A stretch of 64,000 nucleotides of DNA from NCBI GenBank assembly GCA_023515725.1, contig JALDTO010000200.1, positions 612,276 to 676,275 of the forward strand, in the 5' to 3' direction. This document shows positions 56,767-64,000 of the stretch, piece by piece (the first letter of the stretch is position 1; each line of letters begins with the position of its first letter). The notes under the pieces were generated by a model. That model was not told the DNA's origin. It did no database searches and saw only the letters and a program-made list of their open reading frames with translations. The stretch is from Amoeboaphelidium protococcarum X5. Lineage: Eukaryota; Fungi; Aphelidiomycota. Position numbers and translations under genes: made by a program.

Positions 56767-58772
56767 ATGCAACATAATCTATAGAAATTTGACTTCTTTC
56801 TTCATTAACTGTCTTCAAGTAGATCTTCCAAAGTAAGTTTGCCTTATGATCAATCTGCCTATTTACTGTACTTTATTGCTACTGTACCATATTTTAGAGT
56901 GATCAATTGACTGCTAATTAACTACTGCGGAATTCTGTGGATGAATTACAGCATCTATTGAAAGATAATAAGCTTTTGTCCAAGTCTGCTATTAAATCTG
57001 GTTTCAATAATGCAATGAAGTCAATTCTTATTCTGTCAGTATAATTTGACCACTTTGATGCGCAATACCTTGCCCAATTGAACAAACTCTACGCGTTGAT
57101 TCCCCAAGATGGTTTCACGCTCAAGGCTCAGTGTAAGTATGTATTATGGTGGACTAATTAAATTATAAGACATTAATGTAGACTATTTCACTCTAAGCTA
57201 GATGAGTTTTGATGATGCTGCAGGATTCATTTTGCTGTTTAATGCGATAGAGTTCGACATTCATCTGGTTGATGATAGTGAGGACTTGGTGACGATGATT
57301 CTCGATTTTATCAGAATTTAACTGTTGGCATTTAAGGATGGCATAGATTTCGTGTTGAGTAAAGTCAATTTATTTCTTAGCTTCCTCAATTCTAAATATA
57401 GTCGCGTAAGATGTAAATCTCAGCAGTTGTTACTTGCTCTTTAGAAGGTGAATGCGCAAAGTTAAGTCCATATGAAACTATTGCCCCTGATGGTTAGCGA
57501 GTAATATTACTGATTTAGATCAAGTCGTTTGAGATAACTTTACGGTATTTATGTAGGGATCTTAATGTTATGCATTGCTCTTTATAGTACTTGAAGTAGT
57601 AACTGCCACTTCTATCTTCAAGTTAATCTTTGGCGCTGATACAACCTCTATGCCATATACTTGCTTAATTGAGGCGTTCAGGTTTGCATTTGGATGCTGC
57701 TTATTAAGGAGTTTCTTACTTTTGGAGTTAATTGGATATATTAGAGTTGCTTTATGGAGTCATAAAGTTGCATAGTGATAGATGCATCGAACAGGATCTG
57801 TCTTCAGTGAAGGATGTAGTTTTGTAAGATGCAACTCTATTCTAGTTGTAGTCATTCACTGTGTATCAATTCAAAGTTCTCAGTTCAGTTGACTCAACTG
57901 GTACTTCATGGAAGTAATCTCTTTAATTGCTAAGTAAAAATGCAGACTTAACTTCTTAGTTCATGCTGTCTGCCGTGTTAAAAGGTATCGCGTTTTCTCA
58001 TGATGTCGAGGCTTTATTGTAGAATTTGGTCGTTTTGTAAGAGTCTTATTTAAACAATTCACGCTCTGCTGACTGCTCCTTGGCTATAATCGAATGTACA
58101 TTCTCTCATCTCACCAAGTTGAATTTGAGTGTTGAAAATGGTATGCTGACGTCAATTCTTAAATTAGCGAACACGTTGCATCAGAGACATCTGGCCCAGT
58201 TTGAACTACTAATCCTGAAGCCATTAGAATCTGCCTTAGAATATAATAGTGTTTCGAAATACTTTGCAACTCAATGTGTCGTAATCTACTTTTAAAAGTA
58301 AAAGTCTACAATATTACGATAAAAACTGGGAATTAAATTTGTGCACAAGGCAAAGTAGCTTGCATTGTTCGAGAAAGACTTTGACTAAATGATGCAGACT
58401 GCGCTGCTTGAAATTTTTTAGGAGGTCCCTGATACTCCATTATTGTAGCTATTTTGCGCAGAAGTCATCCTGAAGTAGAAATAATGCATGCGACTGTCTC
58501 AGTATCTGCTGATTCTTGAGCAATTGCAATAGTTGTACGAGTTAACCACCGAAACTGAGTACTAATTGAAATGCTAACAACTTCTAGATAGTGCACTTGG
58601 ATAGTCAATGATAAAAGAGTCGCGACTATTGAATGAAGGTACCAGAAAGTCATTGCCTAGGATGGATCCCATAGAGCGCGTTTGTTTGAGCTATGACAGC
58701 GACCGATCAGCAGACATGTTAAAAGACTTGAGAGTCATGCTTAGCAACGGCTGGTTGTTGGGAAAACGCTGA
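56767..58772 (+). CDS. Hypothetical helical protein, multi-exon
   Basis: Plausible GT-AG introns at ~56833-56897, ~57133-57181 and ~57448-57518 join Leu-rich table-6 frames. No family recognised. Confidence 0.45.
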
Positions 58773-58906
58773 CGACTAAAAATAGATTTCTGTTTCAACT
58801 CTTTGATTTCTTTACACAAATCAATAACAATTTTATTTAGCTCTATCTTGTAAATTTCATCCGCATTAAATCGAAGAAGATATAATTGCATTTAAATCAG
58901 TTTAGT

Positions 58907-60274
58907 ATGGGATAAACTTTATCAGCTTATATTTGGACAGCGGAAGCACAACCAGGGCAAAAGCCAGGCAGTGCGCATAGCAACAGTGATAAGTACAAGT
59001 AGGGTGGAATAAGCAGCAATAGTGCGAGTAATGTAAAAGCCTCAGCGAGGATCAGCCCTCAGAGCGATAAGAAGAATGTCAACAGCAATACGCGGTTAGC
59101 CGACTTGGAAAAATAGAAGCGTTAGTAGAAGAATAAGAAAAAGGGAGGTGGGAAGCTGAACAAGGCCATGATTGGAGGTCCTAGTAACTTCCAGCACACC
59201 ACTCATGTCGGATCTAATGATATGCAATCTGGCGCTATTGATATCTCTGTGCTTAAAGAATCTATGAACAAAAAGCCAATAGTTGCTGCACCTGTCGACG
59301 ATGCACCTAAAGCTGCAGTTGCCATGTCTGTAAGCGAGATCAAATAACAATCTTCTTCTGTGTAGTAGGAGATTCCCAAGTAAGAGTCGTCTTCGACAAT
59401 TTCTCCATAGAATGCTGCTAAAGATGCAACAGCTTAATCGGTGCAGTCAGAAACTAAAGTCGCTGCATATCATGAAGATATTTAGATTAAGGGAGAGGCT
59501 GCACAGTCACTATAGAATAAGTCGTCAGTTGCAGTTGAATCCCAAGCCTAATCGAATGTCAAGTTGGAAGAGAACAATGCTGTTGCATCTAGCGTCACAG
59601 TATAGTAGTAGGCTGGTGTTGAGACGGAGGTTCGCCACTCTGATATTGGAGTCAATGATTATAAAGACGTGGTAAATGTAGAGGCTGTACTTTAGCAGAG
59701 TGATGTGTATGCCCGTGCTACTTCACAACCATCTGTTAATTAGCTGGATGTCTCTCTTAATGCTAACAGGGATGCTTCTGTAGTGGAAACTCAAAATACT
59801 TAAAATGACAATCAAGTTGTGGCAGCTTTGCCCGAACATGCGCTTAATGCCGATGTTACTCCTGCTAAAGAAGAACAGAAAGTGAGCGATGCTATCGAAT
59901 AAGACAAACCATAGCCATTAGAGAATTAGCCGTTAGTTGACGCGTAGCCTTTAAGCGATGAAAACAAGGTGTCCTCGGGAGATGCCCATGTCGTCCAAGA
60001 GTCCAAAATAGAGAATGCATTGTAGTCAGCAGTTGAGTAATAGGTATCTGTTGCTGCGATTGGAGACTATGATTTATCTGTCCTAGCGTTAGATAAAGAT
60101 GTACATGAGGATGTTGTGGCCAAGGCTGAGACTATCAAGGACTAATCGGTTGATCAGGAGTAGATTTAGGCTAAGTAAGCGGTGGAAGTGCAGAGTAATG
60201 TCTAGATTGATGAATAGAGTAAGACAACTGCTGCTGATGGGTAGGTCGTTGATGTAGAAAACAAAACAGCTTGA
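58907..60274 (+). CDS. CRIB-motif protein with predicted N-myristoylation and long acidic/Q-rich disordered tail
   Basis: MG[TAA]TLS start; MIGGPSNFQHTTHVG (CRIB) at ~59168-59212; TGA at 60272-60274. Confidence 0.75.
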
Positions 60275-60528
60275 GAGAGTTAGTTTAGATGTTAATGTGA
60301 TGATGCTCCAGGATATAATATACGCGTAAGAATTTTTGCACTTGATATACAATTTTCAGTTCATAGTGTCATCCGATTTATATTGGAAGGCGACACTCCC
60401 GCGCTCCACAAAATGTTCCTTGTTTCAGCTCGTTTCTATTCATCGAACATATCACTAAGCTTTTGCCTAAAAACTGCGGTCACTTGCTTTATCAAAGACA
60501 GACATACGATATCTACAAGTGTGATAGT

Positions 60529-62170
60529 ATGGAGAACGATAACTAGGAGAACACTGATAATGTGAGTAATACAGTCCAAGTGTCATCTTAGATTATAAGC
60601 CAATTGAACAATGGCAATGTTAGAAAGCGTCATTCAATGCCGGCCCATGTGCCACATAAAGCTGCGAAACTTCCAGCTACCTTTAGCACAGCCAGTGGGT
60701 AAGAAGATGAGTTGAGCACTATTGTTGAAAGTCTCGATAAACCCAAAGAAGTGAATATCAAGTCTGGATCTCTGCTTGGCCATCCAGTAATAATTGATGG
60801 TTCCAAATGGAAGTCTCTAACGTCAATGGCCAACTCTTCTCCTCAGACCAAACGCGGCGATGTTTCAACTCCTTCGCGACAGATTGTTTCACCCGACGCA
60901 TCTTTGGCTGCCGATGGTGTTGATGTTAATAATGATGATGTAGAGTATGATGACGGAGAAGTCATTGTAAATTTACACAATCACGCACGTACTCCTGCTG
61001 GTAGTCAATGTGTTGGAAATCCGATTGTTTTAAAGTCCCCCTTGGCTGGTACTGTGTTATAATAGAGTTCTTCTACTGAGCTGATTAATGAACACGGTGT
61101 TGACTCTGCTAATAATGAGAAATTTCGCGATAATTTGGATAGTCGTCCGAAGATTGTTGAGCATGAGGCTAAAGCTTCCACAATGGAGTTTGATGCTAAT
61201 ACTTTATACACTATTCCAGAAGAGTGGTATCTTGAAAGTGTTAATGATTAGGAAGATACTTTCAAATTAAACTAAAGTTAGAAAAGAGCAGTCTTGATGA
61301 GAGTGTCATCTGCGGGACTTTTGATCCCTGTAACTCCATATGGGAAAGCTTCTGTTTAGAGTACGACGCCACATGGAGAAGCTATCACGATGTCTAGCAT
61401 TAAGAATTGGGATATGCTGCCTAATATGGTTGCCTCTCCCGGCTCTGTACCTAAATATTCTTAAAAAGATATTGACAAAATAAGAGCTGATATTTCTGAA
61501 GATTATGAGTCAAAGCTATCTGCCAAAGATGATGAAATTCAATCTCTCAAACAAGAGCTTGCTGACTCTACGCAGACAAATGGCTAGCTGAAAGATACCC
61601 TGGAAACTTTAGAAAGTCTCAAGTTAAATCTTGAGGATGACATTTAGCGTTAAAATGATAGACATAAGCTGATTGTCGATCAAATGTCTCAAGAGTAGAA
61701 GACTACAATGATGGAGTTTGATATTGTGTAAAAGTCATTTCAGAATTTGAGAATTCAGTTTGAAAAGTAGAGAGTGTAACTGGAAAAGTTGAAAAAGGTA
61801 ATCTCTTTACTCACACGCATATTATCATTGAAATGTGAATAATATATAGATGTAGAATGAGAATCAGATGAAGTTAAAATAGTCGGAGCTGTAGTAAGAA
61901 CTAGTGGCGGCGCTAAATGCAGTAGAGGCTGTCAAGTCACATGCCGAAGGGAAGATAAACGAGGCCAATATGGAACTTGAGAGAATTAAGTAGGATTTTG
62001 AGAGTGAGAAGATAGCTTTGCTTACTCAGATAACCAGATCAGGAGCTCAAATTGGTTCATTGCAGAAGGAATTGGATCAGAAGGTTTCTGAAAAGTAGTA
62101 GATATCATTGATTTGCAATGAGTTTATTACCAAGTTGAAAAGCTTTGATACAAGCTCGGATGATGGCTGA
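60529..62170 (+). CDS. TACC-domain coiled-coil protein
   Basis: Intron at 61798-61855. KSFQNLRIQFEK...KK|NE...KSHAEGKINEAN...SLQKELDQK...ICNEFITK matches the TACC C-terminal pattern. Confidence 0.75.
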
Positions 62171-62281
62171 TTTGTATTACAACCTGATAGTTGAAGACTG
62201 GCATATAAGTAAATTTGTATATGTTGATATCAGTTCTAACTTATTTTATTCACTCAAAACAAATTCAAAACTTCACCTCTA

Positions 62282-64000
62282 TCACTATACCAACGCTTAC
62301 TTAGTCGCATCAGCTTCATCTGCAGCTTTTACCAACTCCCTGTTAAAACTATTACTTTGGGTCACTTGCGCAGATGTCTTTGATGAAGAGGTGTTTGAGG
62401 AATCAACCTTATCCTCAAAGAGCGCCTAACTCGCGAACAACGGCGTGCCATAATCCATTTCATCATCAGAGTCAAAATCGGCCCAGCTGTTAGATGCTTT
62501 GGACTTGGAATTCTTGATTTGCGCCAGAGTACGAGGCTCCATAATCTTCTTCGAGTCACTAGACTCTTACTATGCTGCCTTCACAGCTTTGGCCTCTGCC
62601 TTTGCTTGTGGCTTTCGAACAGCCTTAGCATAAGATTTCCCCTCAGAGTCCGAACTGCTTTAACTAACTACAGAATTCTTCTAGGACGCAATCTTGAACT
62701 TAGACAGCAGCTAAGGCTCACACAAAGACGGAAAATGGCTCTTATCATCTGCGTTAGGAGCATAAGCACCAGCACTCGAATTACCAAATACTGTAGGGGA
62801 ATTTCCATAATAACCACCATGAATAGCTTAATTTTTCAAGTACTTGTGGCCCTTAGATTGACGATAAGTCATATGACTCAACAGAAGTTACATGATCACT
62901 AGATTAACATCAACATTCTTCTCTTACATATCTTGAACAGTATTCACCACCCAGGATAAATTGTAGGCATCGTTTTGTACGAGATTCAAAACTGTAGGCT
63001 GGGCCGACTTGTTCATTTAGCAACTACTGATATCTTTCAAATTAAAGTTGCGATTAAAGTAAATATCGTAAATCTTCTACACGACACCAACTTGAATTTA
63101 CATCTTTTTGATTCGCGCCAACTTCAAAGTGACATCAATCAGCTTAGCTTCGGATTATTAGGACTGGCTTTGATCTACTCTAATCACCTTAAACCAACCA
63201 GAAATTGTAGATTAAGAGCTTTCATAAACAACACAGAAAGCATCAAAGCCATTATCAAGAGTACGATTGTAGTGTTGTACTGTGGTGGAAGCCATTGAAG
63301 CATTGCAAACTAAAAATGGGTCAGTGCTACCAGGAGAAACTTCAGAGGACTTTTTGAGATCTTCAGTCGACTAAACCGCTAATACCAGATAACAAGGTAC
63401 CAAGACGGGAGCTTTCTACGCTTGCTTCATAACTTCAACATCATCACCTGGATATTTCAGAGGATAAGCGTGAGGCTAGATTAAATGACGCGCCACCACA
63501 GAAGGAAATTCTCTCTAGTTAAGGATAAAGCATTCGTTGTCCTTCTTCGCAGTAATAATAACTTGACAGAAAAGCTTCACAAAACTCTCAGCAGTGTCAG
63601 AGTCTGATAGCACCACCAGATAGGGAGCCTGCGCGTCGTCAAACTTTGATACATCCACATCAATACGTCTCAATCTTCCCATCATTATATTATGAACAAA
63701 CATCACCGATTTGTCGCTCGCGCCATCAACAACATCACTTTTCATATTTTTCACTGAAATCATCGCTTGAAATAAGCTCTTCAAGATACCAGACGCTGAT
63801 TTGTCTAGCTTTGATAGAGTATCAGGCAATTTGAACTGACAAGCCGCTGCAATCTGCTTACATACCGCCAAATCAAGATTCTTGATTATTACCATTTGAT
63901 TCGCCTCAACATCTTACAACCACTTCCAACCATAATTGTGAGTTTTGTAGGCTGCTTTACCGCGTTTAAACACCAAAGGAGAATCTATCATCGCACTCTT
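62282..64000 (-). CDS. Hypothetical protein, 5'-partial or starting near the window edge (~570 aa)
   Basis: Frame is open from the window edge to TGA 62282-62284 under table 6. The low-complexity tail contains SYAKAV and SWADFDSDDEMDY. Confidence 0.6.

Noticed and set aside
57493-57518. 26-nt mini-intron
   Set aside because: An upstream donor at 57448 gives a 71-nt intron of the same phase, in line with the other ~50-75 nt introns.
58907-62170. CRIB-TACC fusion protein
   Set aside because: An in-frame TGA at 60272-60274 and a separate ATG at 60529 indicate two genes.

Overview
Gene-dense, intron-poor eukaryotic DNA from a fungus-related lineage. It uses a non-standard nuclear code: TAA/TAG = Gln and TGA is the only stop (translation table 6). 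The supplied standard-code ORF track is therefore fragmented. This code together with fungal/opisthokont gene content fits an aphelid such as Amoeboaphelidium protococcarum (inference). Re-translated with TAR=Gln, the window holds: the C-terminal ~390 aa of a Fanzor2-like (eukaryotic TnpB) RNA-guided nuclease with an intact rearranged RuvC triad, no zinc-finger cysteines and a structured 3' flank (candidate omegaRNA); a frameshifted PD-(D/E)xK + kinase (Crinkler-like) gene; Bem1/Scd2; a Cdc4-like F-box/WD40 gene; cytochrome P450 reductase; hAT and Ty1/copia relics; a Munc13-like protein; CK1; HAP2/NF-YA; and a TVP38-like gene. A recent ~7 kb tandem duplication follows (REase-like gene + RRP12). 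Its second copy carries a 4030-bp TIR-less DDE transposon with an 8-bp TSD and a frameshifted RRP12. The remainder encodes a thioredoxin-like protein, SH3-RasGEF, DH-PH RhoGEF, MCM1/SRF, RluA, MARK kinase, a Mig1/CreA-like zinc finger, a CRIB protein, a TACC protein and hypothetical proteins. All translations were done by eye and no database searches were run.
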